From the human T2T-CHM13v2.0 reference genome, Homo sapiens, in NCBI GenBank assembly GCA_009914755.4, contig CP086569.2:11104001-11168000 (forward strand): a stretch of DNA of 64,000 nucleotides. The letters run 5' to 3'. The notes beneath the pieces were generated by a model, which ran no database searches, had not been told where the DNA came from, and saw only the letters and a program-made list of their open reading frames with translations. Both the position numbers and the translations under genes were made by a program. This document shows positions 25,601-40,400 of the stretch, piece after piece (position 1 is the stretch's first letter; each line of letters starts with the position of its first letter).

Positions 25601-28600
25601 GCACTGATGACCTCGATGACGTAACTCTTGTCTAGGCTCTGCCTACAAGGGCATTTTGACTTATCACTGCGCTGATCACCCAGGTGATGTAACAGTTGTC
25701 TAGGCTCTGCCTATAGGGGGCATTGTGACATATCTCTACACTGATCATCCAGGTGATTTAACTTTTGTCTAGGCTTTGACTGCAGTAGTTTTTGACATAT
25801 CTCTGCACTGATCACTGACGAGATGGAACACTTGTCTAGGCTCTGCCTAAATGGGCATTGTGACACATCTCTGAACTGATCAACCAAGTGATGTAACACT
25901 TGTCTAGGCTCTGCCTACAGGGCTTTGTGACATATCTCTGTACTGATCACCCAGGTAATGGGACTTGTGTCTAGGTTCTGCCAACGGGGGCATTGTGACA
26001 TATCTGTAAACTGATCACCCAGGTGATGTAACCCTTGTGTTGGATTTGCCTATGGTGGCATTGCGACATATTTCTGCACTGATCACCAAGGTGATGGGAC
26101 TATTTTCTAGGCTCTGCCTGTGGGGGCTTTGTGACTTATCCCTGCACTGATCACCCAGGTGATGTAACACTTGACTAGGCTCTGCCTACTGGGGCATAGT
26201 GACATATCACTGCATTGATCACTCAGATGTTGTAACTATTGTCTAGGCTCTGCTTAAAGGGGTCTTGTCACATATCTCTGCACTGATCACCCAACTGATG
26301 AAACACTTGTCTAGGCTCTGCCTACACGGGCATTGTGACACATCTCTGAACTGATCAACCAATTGATGCAACTCTTGTCTAGGCTCTGCCTACAGGGACT
26401 CTGTAACATATCTCTGCACTGATAACCCAGGTTATGGGACTTTTGTCTAGGCTCTGCCTATGGGGGAATTGTGACGTATCTCTACACTGATCACCCAAGT
26501 GATGTAACTCTTGTGTTGGATCTGTCTATGGGGGCATTGCGACATATTTCTGCCCTGATCACCCAGGTGGTGAGACCCTTTTCTAGTCTTTGTGTAGGGG
26601 GGCTTTGTGACATATCTCTGCACTGATCACACAGGTTATGTAACACTTGACTAGGTTCTGCCTACTGGGGCATTGTGAAATATCACTGCATTGTTCACTC
26701 AGATGATGTAACTATTTTCTAGACTGTCTAGGTGATGTAACAATTTTATAAGCTGAGCATATAGGGAATTTTGACAAACCTCTGCACTGATCACCTGGGT
26801 GATATACCTGTTGTATACCCTCTACCTACAGGGGGTATTGTGAAATATCTCCGCAATGATCACCTAGGTGATGTAACTGTTGTCTACCCTATGCCTACAG
26901 GGGGCATTGTGAAATATCTCTGCACTGACCACCAGGTGAGGCATCTCTTGTCTAGCATCTGCCTACATGGGATATTGTGAAATATCTCTGCACTGATCAA
27001 CTAGGTGATGTAACTCTTGCCTAGGCTCTGCCTACAGGGGCTTTTTGACATATCTCTGAACTGATGGCAAAGGTGATGAAACTCTTGCCTAGGCTTTGCC
27101 TTCAGGGGACATTGTGACATATCTCTGCACTGAGCACTCACGTGATGCAACTCTTCTCTATGCTCTGCCTACAGGGGGCATTGTGACATATCTCTGCACT
27201 GATCACCCAGGTGATGTAACTCTTTTCTAATCTCTGCCTACAGAAGGCTTTGTGACATCACTCTACACGGATCACCAGGGTTATGTAACTCTTGTCTACC
27301 GTCTGCCTACAGGGGGCATTGTGAAATATCTCGCACTGATCACCCAGGTGATGCAACTCTTGTCTAGGATCTGCCTGCAGGGGTTATTGTGAAATGTCTC
27401 CGCACTGGTCAACTAGGTGATGTAACTATTGTTTAGGCTCTGCCTACATGGGCGGTTTGACATATTTCTGAACTATGACAAAGGTGATGTAACTCTTGCC
27501 TAAGCTTAGCCTACAGGGGACATTGTGACATATCTCTGCACTGATCACCTAGGTGATGTATCTCTTTTCTAGTCTCTGCCTACAGAGGGGGTTGTGACAT
27601 CACTCTGTATGGATCACCCGGGTTATGTAACTCTTGTCTAGGCTCTGCCTATGGGGGCATTGTGACGTATCTCTGCACTGATCACCCAGGAGATGTGACT
27701 CTTGTTTAAGCTCTGCCTACAGGGGCTTTGGGAAATATCTCTGCACTGATCACTGAGCTGACATAACTCTTGTCTAGTCTTTGACTACAGTGGGATTTAT
27801 GACATATATCTGCATTGATCACCCAGGTGATGTAACTCTTGTCTAGGCTCTGCCTACTGGGATATTTTAACATATCAGTGCACAGATCACCGAGATGATG
27901 TAACTCTTGTATAGGCTTCACGGATAGGGGGCATTGAAACATAACTCTGCACTGATGACCGAGTTGATGCAACTCTTGTCTGGGATCTGCCTACAGGGGG
28001 CATTGTGACAAATTTCTGACTTGATCACCCAGGTGATTTTACTCTTTTCTAGGCTCTGCCTACTGGAGACATTGTGACTTATCTCTGCACTGATCACCCA
28101 GGTGATGTAACTCTTGGCTAGATCTGGCCACAGGGACATTGTGACATATATCTGCACTGATCACACAGGTGATGTAACTGTTGTCTAGTCTTTGCCTACA
28201 GAGGGGGTTGTGACATATCTCTGCACTGATCTCTCATGTGAGGTAACTCTTGTCTATTCTCTGCCTACAGAGGATGTTGTGACATCAGTCTGCCGTGATT
28301 GCCCTGATGATGTAACTCTTGTCTGGGCTCTGCCTACATGGACATTGTGACATGTCTCTGCACTGATCATTCAGGTGATGTAAATTGTGTCTAGGCTTTG
28401 CCCACAGGGGCATTTTGACATATATCCACAGTGATCACCGAAATGATGGAACTGTTGTGTAGCCTTTGCCAACAGGAGGCATTGAGACATATCTCTGAGC
28501 TGATCACTGAGGTGATGCAACTCTTGTCTGGGCTCTGCTGACAGGAGGCATTGAGACATATCTCTGCACTGATCACCGAGGTGATGCAACTCTTGTCTGG

Positions 28601-29408
28601 GCTCTGCCTACAGGGGGCGATGTGACATATATCTGTCCTGATCACCCAGGTGATGTAACTCTTCTCTAGGCTCTGCTTAAAGTGGGTATAGTGACATATT
28701 TCTGCACTGATCACCTAGGTGATGTAACTCTTTTCTAGACTCTGCCTACAGGGGCATTTTGACATATCTCTGAAGTGATCACTGAGGTGATGTAACTCTT
28801 GTCTAGGCCTTGCCTACAGGGGGCATTATAACATATCTGTGCACTGATCACCCAATTGATGTAACTCTTGTCTAGGCTCTGCTTTCAGGGGGTATTGTGA
28901 GATATCTCTGCACTGATCACCCAGGTGATGAAACTCTTGTCTAGGCTCTGCCAACAGGGGCATTTTAACATATCACTGCACTGATAACTGAGATGATATA
29001 ATTCTTTCATAGGCTTCGCCGACAGTGGGCATTGAGACATATCTCAGCGTTGATCGCCAAATGATGCAACTGTTTTCTGGGATCTGCCTAAAGGGGACAT
29101 TTTGATATATCTCTGATCTGATCTCCCAGGAGATGTAACTCGTGTCTAGTCTCTGGCCACAGGGACATAGTGGCATATATCTGCACTGATCACACAGGTG
29201 ATGTAATTTGTCTAGTCTTTGCCTACAGGGAGCGTTGTGAAATATCTCTGCACTGATCTCTCAGGTGAGGTAACTCTTGTCTAATCTCTGCCTACAGAGT
29301 GCTTTGTGACATCAGTCTGCAATGATCACCCAGGTGATGTAACTCTTGTCTAGGCTCTGCCAACATGGAGATTTTGACATGTCTCCGCACTGATCACATT
29401 GTGACATA

Positions 29409-32400
29409 GGTCGCAATGCCCCATAGGCAGATCCAACACAAGAGTTACATCACCTGGGTGATCAGTGTAGAGATATGTCACAATGCCCCCGTAGGCAGAG
29501 CCTAGAGAAAAGTCCCATCACCTTGCTGATCATTGCAGGAATATGTCACAAAGCAACCTGTAGGCAGATCCCAGACAAAAGTTATATCACCTGGGTGATC
29601 ACTGCAGAGATATGTCACAATACCACCGCAGGCAGAGCCTAGGCAAGAGTTACATGCCCTAGGTGACCCGTTCAGAGATACATCACAATGCCCCTGTAGT
29701 CAGAGCCTTGACAAGTGGCACATCACCTGGGTGATCATTGCAGGGATATGTCACAAAGCACCCTGTAGGCAGATCCAAGGCAAGAGTTACATCACCTGGG
29801 TGGTCAGTGCAGAGATATGTCACAAGCCCCCTTTATACAAAGCCTAGACAAGAGTTATATCAGCTGGGTGATTAGTGCAGTGATATGTCACAATGCCGTG
29901 TTGCCAGAGTCTAGACAAAAGTTACATCACCTGAGAGATCAGTGCAGAGATATATCACAATATCCCCAGTGGGTAGAGCCCAGACAAGAGATAGATCACC
30001 TTGGGATCAGTGCAGAGAGCTGTCTCAATCACCCTGTGGGCACAGCCTAGACAAGAGTTACATCACCTCGGTTAACAGTCCAGAGATATGTCAAAATGCC
30101 GCTATACTCAGAGCCTACACAAGTGTTTCATCACTGAGGTGATCAATGGAGAGATATGTCACAATACTCCCTATAAGCTGAGCCTAGACAAGAGTTACAT
30201 CACCTGGGTGATCAGTGCAGAGATATGTGACCAGGCCCCTTTAACCAGAGCTTAGACAATAGTTCCATCACCTGAGTGATCAGTGAAGAGATCTGTCACA
30301 AAGCCCCTTTAGGCAGAGCTTAGACCAGAGTTACATCACCTGTGTGATCAGTGCAGTGAAATGTCACAATGCCCCCATAGGCAGATCCAAGACAAGAGTC
30401 CATCACCTGGGTGATCAGTGCAGAAATATATGACAGTTCCCCCAGTAGGCAGAGCCTAGAGATGACTCCCATCACCTGGGTGATCAGTGCAGAGTTATGC
30501 CAAAATGCCCTCTGTAGGCAGAGCCTAGACAAGAGTTACATCACCTGGTGTATCAGTAAGAGACATTTCACAATGCCCCTGCAGGCAGAGCGTAAGCAAG
30601 AGTTACATTACCTAGATGATCAGTGCAGAGATATGTCACTAGGCCCCCTATAGGCAGAGCCTGGAGAAGAGTTACATCATCTCGGTGATCAATGCAGCAA
30701 TATGTCACTATGCTCCAGTAGGCAGAGGCTAGTCAAGTGTTACATCACCTGGGTGATCAGTGCAGATATATGTCACAAAGCCCCCATGCAAATAGCCTAG
30801 ACAAGAGTCCTATCACCTTGGTGATCAGTGCAGAAATATGTCGCAATGCACCATAGGCAGATCCAACACAAGAGTTACATCACCAGGCTGATCAGTGTAG
30901 AGATATGTCACAATGCCCCCGTAGGCAGAGCCTAGACAAAAGTCCCATGACCTGGGTGATCAGTGCAGAGATATATCACAAAGCCCCTGTAGGCAGAGCC
31001 TAGACAAGAGTTACATAATTTGGTTGATCAGTTCAGAGATGTGTCACAATGCCCACGTAGGCAGAGCCCAGACTAGAGTTCCAACAGCTGGGTGATCAGC
31101 GGAAAGATATGTAACAAGACCTCTTTAAGCAGAACCTAGACAATAGTTACATCATCTGAGTGATCAGTGCAGTGATATGTCACAATGCCCCCGTCGGCAG
31201 AGCCTAGACAAAAGTCCCATCACTTGGGTGGTCATTTCAGGGACATGTCACAAAGCCCCTGTAGGCAGAGCCTAGACAAGAGTTACATCATTTGGTAGAT
31301 CAGTTCAGAGATGTGTCACAATGCCCATGTAGGCAGAACCTAGACAAGTGTTACATCACCTGTGTGATCAGTGCAGAGATATGTCACAAAACCCCTGCAG
31401 GCAAAGCCTAGACAAGAGTCGCATAACCTGGATGATCAGTGCAGAGTTATGTCACAAAGTCCCTTTAGGCAGATCCTAGGCAAGAGTTACATCAGCAGGG
31501 TGATCACTGTAGAGATATGTCTCTCTGCCACTTTAGGTGGAGCCTAAATAAGAGTTACATGACCTAGGTGATCAGTGCAGAGATACATCGCAATACCCCT
31601 GTAGGCAGAGCCTTAACAAATGGTATATCACCTGGGTGATTATTGCAGGGATATGTAAAAAAGCACCCTGTAGGCAGATCCCAGACAAGAGTTGCATCAC
31701 CTCGGTGATCAGTCCAAAGATATGTCTCAATGTCCCCTGTCAGCGAAGCCTATACAAGAGTTACATCATCTCGGTGATCAGTGCAGTGATATGTTAACAT
31801 GCCCATGTAGGCAGAGCATAGAAAAGAGTTACATCACCTGGGTGATCCGTGCCGAGATATCTCACAATACCCCCTGTAAGCAGAGCCTAGACAAGAGTTA
31901 CACCAACGGGGTGATCAGTGCAGGTAGATGTCATAAATCCCACTGTAGGCAAAGCCTAGACAAGTGTTACATCACCTCAGTGATCAGTAAAGATATATGT
32001 CCCATGCCCCTGTAGGCAGAGCTTAGTCAAGAGTCACATCTCCTTGGTGATCATTGCAGAGATACGTCACAATGTCCCCATAGGCAGAGCCTAGACAAGA
32101 GTTACATAACCTGTGTGATCCACGCAGAGTGATGTCACAATGCCCTCTGTAAGCAGAGACTAGAAAAGAGTTACATCACCTGGGTGATCAGTGCACAGAT
32201 ATGTCACAATTTCCCCAGTAGGCAGAGCCTACACAAGTGTTACATCACTTTGGTGATCAGTGTAGAGATATGTCACAATACCCCCTGTAGGCAGAGCCTA
32301 GACAAGAGTTACATCACCTGGGTGATCAATGCAGAGATATGTGACAAGGCCCCATTAAGCAGAGCCTACACAATAGTTACATCTTCTGAGTGATCAGTGC

Positions 32401-34043
32401 AGAGATCTGTCACAGTGCCCCTTTAGGCAGAGCTTAGACCATAGTTACATCATTTGGGTGATAAGTGCAGAGACAGATCAGAATGCCCCATAAGCAGATC
32501 CAAGAAAAGAGTCCGTCACCTGGGTGATCAGTGCAGAAATATGTGACCATGCCACCAGTAGGCAGAGCCTAGAGAAGAGTCCCATCACCTGGCTGATGAG
32601 TGCAGAGTTATGCCCCAATGCCCCCTGTAGGCAGAGCCTAGACAATGGTTACATCACCTGGTTGATCAGTAAAGAGATATTTCACAATGCCCCTGCAGGC
32701 AGAGAGTAAGCAAGAGTTGCATCACTTAGATGATCAGTGCAGAGATGTGTCACAAGGCCCCCTATAGGCAGAGCTTGGACAAGAGTTACATCACCTCGGT
32801 GATCAATGCAGTCGTATGTCACTATGCCCCAGTAGGCAGAGCTTATTCAAGCGTTACATCACCTGGGTGATCAGTGCAGAGATATGTCACAAAGCCCCCA
32901 TAAACAGAGCCTAGACAAGCGTCCCATTAGCTGGGTGATCAGTGCAGAAATATGTCACAATGTCCCCATAGGCAAAGCCTAGACAAAAGTCCCATCACCT
33001 GGATGATCAGTACAGAGATATGTCAGAAAACCCCTGTAGACAGAGCCTAGAGAAGAATTACATCACTTGGTTGATCAGTTCAGAGATGTGTCACATTGCC
33101 CACGTAGGCAGCGCCTACACACGTTTTCCATCACCTCGGTGATCAGTGCAGAGATATGTCACAAAAACCCTGCAGGCAAAGCCTAGAAAAGGGTTACATC
33201 ACCTGCTTGATCAGTGCAGATATATGTCAGAAAGCCCCCATACACGGAGCCTAGATAAGAGTCCCTTCTCCTGGATGTTTAGTGCAAAAATATGTCGCAA
33301 TGCCCCATAGGCAGATACAACACAAGAGATACATCACCTGGGTGATCAGGGTAGAGATATGTCACAATGCCCCCGTAGGCAGAGCCTAGACAAAAGTCCC
33401 TTCAAATGGGTGATCAGTGCAGAGATATGTCACAAAGCCCCTGTAGGCAGATCCTAGACAAGGGTTACATCACTTTGTTGATCAGTTCAGAGAGGTGTCA
33501 CAAGTGCCCATGTAGGCAGAACACAGATAAATGTTCCATCAGCGGCGTGATCAGTGAAGAGATATGTGACAAGGCCCCTTAAGCAGAACCTAGACAATAG
33601 TTACATCATCTGAGTGATCAATGCAATGATATGTCACTATGCCCCAGTAGGCAGAGCCTAGTCAAGCTTTACATCACCTGGGTTATCAGTGCAGAGTTAT
33701 GACACAATGCCCACTGTAGGGAGAGCCCAGGCAATATTTACATCACCTGATTGATCAGTAAAGAGATGTTTCACAATGCCCCTGCAGGCGGAGCGTAAGC
33801 AAGAGTTACATCACCTTGATGATCAGTGCAGAGATATGTCAAAAGGTCCCCTGTAGGCAAAGCCTGGACAAGAGTTACATCACCTCGGTGATCAATGCAG
33901 TGATATGTCACTATGCCCCAGTAGGCAGAGCCTAGTCAAGCATTACATCACCTGGGTGATCAGTGCAGTGATATGTCAAAAAGTCCCCAGACACACAGCC
34001 TAGACAAGAGTCCCATCACCCTTGTGATCAGTGATATGTCAGC
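29409..34043 (-). repeat. Inverted segment (about 4.6 kb, about 68 monomers) inside the BSAT array. Monomers read as the reverse complement (gagttacatcacctgggtgatcagtgcagagatatgtcacaatgccc).
   Basis: Seen directly. Orientation flips at about 29,398-29,417: the forward text ...gcactgatcac is followed by attgtgac-atag-gtcgcaat, an inverted repeat with 8-bp arms and a 4-bp spacer. It flips back at about 34,026-34,052: tgatcagtg-atatgtcag-cactgatca, a perfect 9-bp inverted repeat with a 9-bp spacer. Confidence 0.88.
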
Positions 34044-34420
34044 ACTGATCACCCAGGTGATGTACATTTTGTCTAGGCTATGCCCACAGGGGCATTTTGA
34101 CATATCTCTGCACTGATCACCGAGATGATGTAACTCTTGTCTCGGCTTTGCCAATAGGAGGCATTGAGATATATCTCTGCATTGATCTCCGAAGTGATGC
34201 AACTCTTGCCTGGACTCTGCCTACAGGGGCCATTGTGACATATCTCTGCCGTGATCACCCAGGTGATGTAACTCTTGTCTAGGCTCTGCCTAAAGGGGGT
34301 ATTGTGACATATCTCTGCACTGATCACCTAGGTGCTGTAACTCTTTTCTAGGCTTTTCCTACAGGGGCATTTTGACATATCAGTGAAGTGATCACCATGG
34401 TGACGTAAGTCTCATCTAGG

Positions 34421-34485
34421 ATCAATACAGAGTAATGTCACAAAGCACCTTGCATGCAGAGCCTAGAGAAGAGTTACATTACCTG
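34421..34485 (-). repeat. Single-monomer (about 65 bp) micro-inversion in BSAT, about 380 bp distal to the large inversion.
   Basis: The forward monomer ends ...gtctcatctagg. Then atcaatacagagtaatgtcacaaagcaccttgcatgcagagcctagagaagagttacattacctg reads as the reverse-complement monomer. Forward orientation resumes at cataactctgcactgatcac. The junction is flanked by gagtta...taactc, a 6-bp inverted repeat. Confidence 0.75.
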
Positions 34486-37400
34486 CATAACTCTGCACTG
34501 ATCACCCAGGTGATGGGACTCTTCTCTAGGCTATGCCAGCTGTGGGCATTGTCACATATTTCTGCACTGATCACTGAGGTGACGGACTCTTGTCTTGGAT
34601 CTGACTATGGGGGCATTATGACATATCTGTGCACTGATCACCCAGGTGATGTAACTCTGGTCTAAGCTCTGCCTAAAGGGGCATTGTGACAGATCTCTGC
34701 ACAGATCACTCAGGTGATTTAACTATTTTCCAGGTTCTGCTTAAAGGGGCCTTGTCACATATCTCTGCACTGATCACCCTGGTGATGTAACTCTTGTCTA
34801 GACTCTGCTTACAGGGGGTATTGTGACATATCTCTGCACTGATTACCTACTTGATGTAACACTTGTGTAGGCTCTGCCTACAGGGGCTTTTTGACATCTC
34901 TCTGCACTGTTAACCGAGGTGATGTAACTCTTGTCTAGGCTGTGCCCACAGGGGGATTGAGACATATCTCTGCACTGATCCTGAGGTGATCCAACTCTTG
35001 TCCGGGCTCTGCCTATTGGAGACATAGTGACATACCTCTGCAGTGATCTCCCAGGTGATCTATCTTTTGTCAAGGTTCTGGCTACATGGCTTTGTGACAT
35101 ATCACTGCACTGATCTCCCAGGTGATATAACTCTTGTCTATGCTGTGCCTACCGGGGACTTGTGACATATCTCTGCACTGAACACCTAGGGGATGTAACT
35201 ATTGTCTAGGGTCTGCCTACAGTGTGCTTTGTGACATATCCCTGCAATGATCACCCAGGTGATGTAACACTTGTCAACGCTCTCCCTACAGGGGCATTGC
35301 GATGTATATCTGAACTGATCACCTAGGTCAAGTAACTCTTGTCGAGGCTCTGCCTGCAGTGACATTGTGACATATCTCTGCACTGATCACACAGGTGATG
35401 TAACACTTGACTACGATTTGCCTACAGGGTGCTTTGTGACATATCCCTGAAATGATCACCCACGTGGTGTACGACTTTTCAAGGCTCTGCCAGAGGGGCA
35501 TGTGATCTATCTCTGTGCTGATTACCTAGGTCATGTAATTCTTTTTTAGGCTCTGCCTACAGTGGCATTGTGACATTTCTCTGCACTGATCACCGAGGTG
35601 ATGGAACTCTTGTCTAGGATCTGCCTGAAGGGACTTTGTGTCATAACTCTTCACTGATCATCCAGGTGATAGGGCTTTTGTCTAGGTTCTGCCTACAGGG
35701 GTATTGTGACTTATTTCTGCACTGATCACCAAGGTGACAGACTCTTCCTGTATCTGCCTATGGGGGCATTGTGACATATCTCCTCACTGATCACCCAAGT
35801 GATGTAACTGTTTCATAAGCTCTGCCTACAAGGGAATTGTGAGCTCTCTCCACTGATCCCGAAAGTGATGTAATTATTGTCTAGTCTTTGCCTACAGGGG
35901 ACTTTGTGACATATCTTTGCACTGATCACTCAGGTGATGTAACACATCTAAGCTCTGCCTACTGGGACATTGTGACATATCTCTGCACTGATCACCCCGT
36001 TGATGCAACTCTTCTCTATGCTCTGCCTACAGGGGCATTGTGACATATCACTGAACTGATAACCCTGGTGATGTACCTCTTTTCTAGTCTCTGCTTACAG
36101 AGGGTGTTGTGACATCACTCTGCACGGATCACCCGGGTCATATAACTCTTGTCTAGGCTCTGCATATGGGGGCTTTGTGACGTATCTCTGCAATGATCAC
36201 CCAGGAGTTGTGACTATTGTCTAAGCTCTGCCTACAGGGAGACTGGGACATATCTCTGCAATGATCACTGAGGTGATGTATCACTTGTCTAGGCTTTGCC
36301 TACAGTGGGATTTATGACATATCTCTGCACTGCTCACCCAGTTGATGTAACTCTTGTCTAGACTCTGCTTACAGTGGGTATTGTGAGATATCTCTGCACT
36401 GACCACCCAGGTGATGTAACTCTTGTCTGGGCTCTGCCTACAGGGTCATTTTAACATAGCACTGCACTGATCACCTAGATAATGTAACTCTTGTATAGGC
36501 TTTGCCGAAAGAGGCATTGAGACATATCTCTGCACTTATCACCGAGGTGATACAACTCTTGTCTGGGATCTGCCTGCAGGAGACATTTTTACATATCTCT
36601 GAAATGATCATCGAGGTGATGTTACTCTTGTCTAGGCTCTGCCTACTGGAGACATTGTGACTTATCTCTGCACTGATCACCCAGGTGATGTAACTCTTGT
36701 CTAGAGTCTGGCCACAGGGACAGAGTGACATATATCTGCACTGATCACACAGGTGATGTACTTCTTGTAAAGTCTTTGCCTACAGGGGGTGTTGTGACAT
36801 ATCTCTGCACTGATCTCTGAGGGGAGGTAACTCTTGTCTAGTCTCTGTCTACAGAGGGCGTTGTGACATCACTCTGCAATGATCACCTTGTTGATGTAAC
36901 TCTTGTCTAGGCTCTGCCTACATGGACATTATGACATATTTCTGCACTGATCACCGCGGTGATGTAGATTTTGTCTAGGCTCTGCCCACAGGGGCATTTT
37001 GACATAACTATGCACTGATCACCGAGGTGATGCAACTCTTCTCAAGGCTCTACCTACACGGGGCATTGTGACATATCTCTGCACTGATCTTGCAGGTGAT
37101 GTAACTCTTCTCTAGGCTCTGCCTGCAAGGTGCTTTGTGACATCACTGTATTGATCATTAAGGTGATGTAACTTTTGTCTAGGCTCTGCCTATGGGGGAA
37201 TTGTGACACATCTCTGCACTGATCACTGAGGTGATGTGACCCCTCTCTAAGCTCTCCCTATGGGTGCATTTTGAGATATCTCTGCAATGATTCCCCAGAT
37301 GATGTAACTTTTCTCTAGGCTTTGCCTAAAGCTGGATTTGCCGCATGTCTCTGTACTGATCACCCAGCTGATGTAACACTTTTCTAGCCTCTACCTACAG

Positions 37401-40400
37401 GGGAATTTTAACATATCACTGCACTGATCACCGAGATGTTGTAACTCTTGTATAGGCTTTGCCAACAGTGGGCTTTGAGACATATTTCTGTACTGATCAC
37501 CGAGGTGATGCAACTCCTGTCTGGGACCTGCCTACAGGGGGCATTTTGACAGATCTCTGCCCTGATCACCCAGGTGATGTAACTCTTCTGTAGGGTCTGC
37601 CTCCAGGGGTTATTGTGACATATCTCTGCACTGATCACGCAGGTGAGGTAACTCTTCTCTAGGCTCTGCCTACAAGGTGCTTTGTGACTTCACTCCTTAT
37701 TAAACATCCAGGTGAAGTAACTTTTGTCTAGGCTCTGCCTAAGGGGGCTTTGTGACCCATCTCTGCACTGATCATTCAGGTGATGTGACCCCTGTCTAAG
37801 CTCTCCCTATGGGTGCATTTTGAGATATCTCTGTACTGATTCCCCAGATGATGTAACTCTTTTCAAGGCTTTGCCTAAGGGGGATTTGCCACATATCTCT
37901 GTACTGATCACCTAGGTGATATAATACTTTCCTAGGTTCTTCCTACAGCGGAATTGTGACATATCACTGCACTGATCACCCAGATGATGTAACTCTTCTG
38001 TAGGCTGTACTTTCAGGGGGCTTTGTGACATACCTCTTCACTGATCAACTAGGTGATGTAACTCTTTTCTAGGCTTTGCCCAGAGGGGGCATTGTAACAT
38101 ATCTCTGCACTGATCACCCAGGTGATGTAACTCTTGTCCAGGCTCTGCCAATAGGTGCCCTTGTGACATATCTCTGCACTGATCATCTAGGTGATGTAAC
38201 ACTTGCTTACGCTCTGCCTGCTGGGGCATTGTGAAATATCCCTTTACTGATCAACCAGATGATGTACCTCTTGTCTAGGCTGTGCTTACATGGGGCATTG
38301 TGGCATAACTGCACTGATCACTCAGGTGATGGGACTTTTCTTTAGGCTCTGACTACTAGAGGCATTGTCACATATTTCTGCACTGATCACCGAAGTGATG
38401 GACTCTTGTCTTGTATCTGCCTATGGGGGGCATTGTGACATATCTCTGCGCTGATCACCCAGGCGATGTAACTCTGGTCTAAGCTCTGCCTAAAGAGGCA
38501 TTGTGACAGATCTCTGCACTGGTCACTCAGGTGATGTAATTATTTTCTAGGCTCTGCTTAAGGGGTCTTGTCACATATCTCTGCACTGATCACCCAGGTG
38601 ATGTAATTCTTGTCTAGGCTTGGCTTACAGGGGATATTGTGACATATCTCTCCACTGATCACCTAAGTAATGTAATACTTGTGTACGCTCTGCCTACAGT
38701 GGCATTTTGACATATCTCTGCACTGTTAACTGAAGCGATGTAACTCTTGTATAGGCTTCACTGACAAGTGGCATTGAGACTTATGTCTGCATTGATCACC
38801 TAGGTGATGCAGCTCTTGTATGGGATCTGCCTACAGGGGGCATTGTGACTTATCTCTGATGTGATCACCCAAGTGATGTAACTCTTGTCTTGGCTCTGCC
38901 TACTGGAGACATTGTGACTTATCTATGTACTGATCACCCAGGTGATTTAACTCTTGTCTAGGCTCTGGCCACAGGGACAAAGTGACATATATCTGCCCTG
39001 ATCACACAACTGAAGTAACTCTTTTCTAGTCTTCGCCTACATAGGGTGTTGTGACATATCTCTGCACTGATCTCTCAGGTGAGGTAACTCTTGTCTAGTC
39101 TCTACCTACAGAGGGCTTGTGACATCACTGTGCAATGCTCACCCAGGTAATGTAACTCTTGTCTAGCCTCTGCCGACATGGAGATTTTGAGATGTCTCTG
39201 CACTGATCACCCAGGTGATGTAAATTTTGTCTAGCCTCTGCCCACAGGGGCATTTTGACATATCTCTGCACTGATCACAGAGATGATGTATCTCTTGTCT
39301 GGGCTTTGCCAACAGGAGGCATTGAGACATAGCTCTGCACTGATCACCAAGGTGATGCAACTCTTGTCTGGGCTATGCCTACTTAGGGCATTGTGACATA
39401 TCTCTGCCCTGATCACCCAGGTGATGTAACTCTTGTCTAGGCTCTGCCAAAAGGGGGTATTGTGAAATATGCCTGCACTGATCACCTAGGTGATGTAACT
39501 CAATTCTAGGCTCTGCCTGCAGGGGCGTTTTGACATATCTCTGAAGTGATCACCGAGGTGATGTAACTCTTGTCTAGGGTTTGCCTACAGGGGGCATTGT
39601 AATATATCTCTGGACTTATCACCCAGGTGATGCAACTCTTCTCTAGGCTCTGCCTACAGGGGGCATTGTGACATATCTCTGCACTGATCACGCAGGTGAT
39701 GTAACTCTTCTCCAGTCTGTACTTTCACGGGGCTTTGTGACATACCTCTGCACTGATAACCTAGGCGTTGTAACTCTTTTCTAGGCTTTGTCCAGAGGTG
39801 GCATTTTTACATATCTCTCTGCACGGAGCATTAAGATAATGCAACTCTTGTCTATGCTCTGCCTACAGGAGCATTGGGAAATATCATTACACTGATCACA
39901 CAGGTGATGGTACTCTTGTCTAAGCTCTGCCTAAAGGGGTCTTTGTGACATATCTCTGCACTGTTCACTCAGGTGATGGGACTCTTCTCTATATTCTGCC
40001 TAGAGGGGGATTTGTGACATATCTCTACACTTATCACGCAGGTGATGGAAGACTTGTCTAGGCTCTGTCTGTTGGGGTATTGTGTCAGATATCTGCACTG
40101 ATCACTCAGGTGATGTAACTCTTGTCTGAGCTCTGCCTACAGAGATTTTTGTGACATATCACCGCACTGATCACCTAGATGATGGAACTCTTGACTAGGC
40201 TCTTCCTACAGGGACATTTGGATGTATCACTGCACTGATCACCCAGGTGATGTAACTCTTTTGTAGCCTCTGCCTATAGGGGCATTGTGACATATCTCTG
40301 CACTGATCAATCAGGTGATGTAACTTTTGTCTAGGCTTTGACTGCAGGGTTTTTTTTGACATATCTCCTCACCGATCACCCAGGTGATGGAATATTTTAC

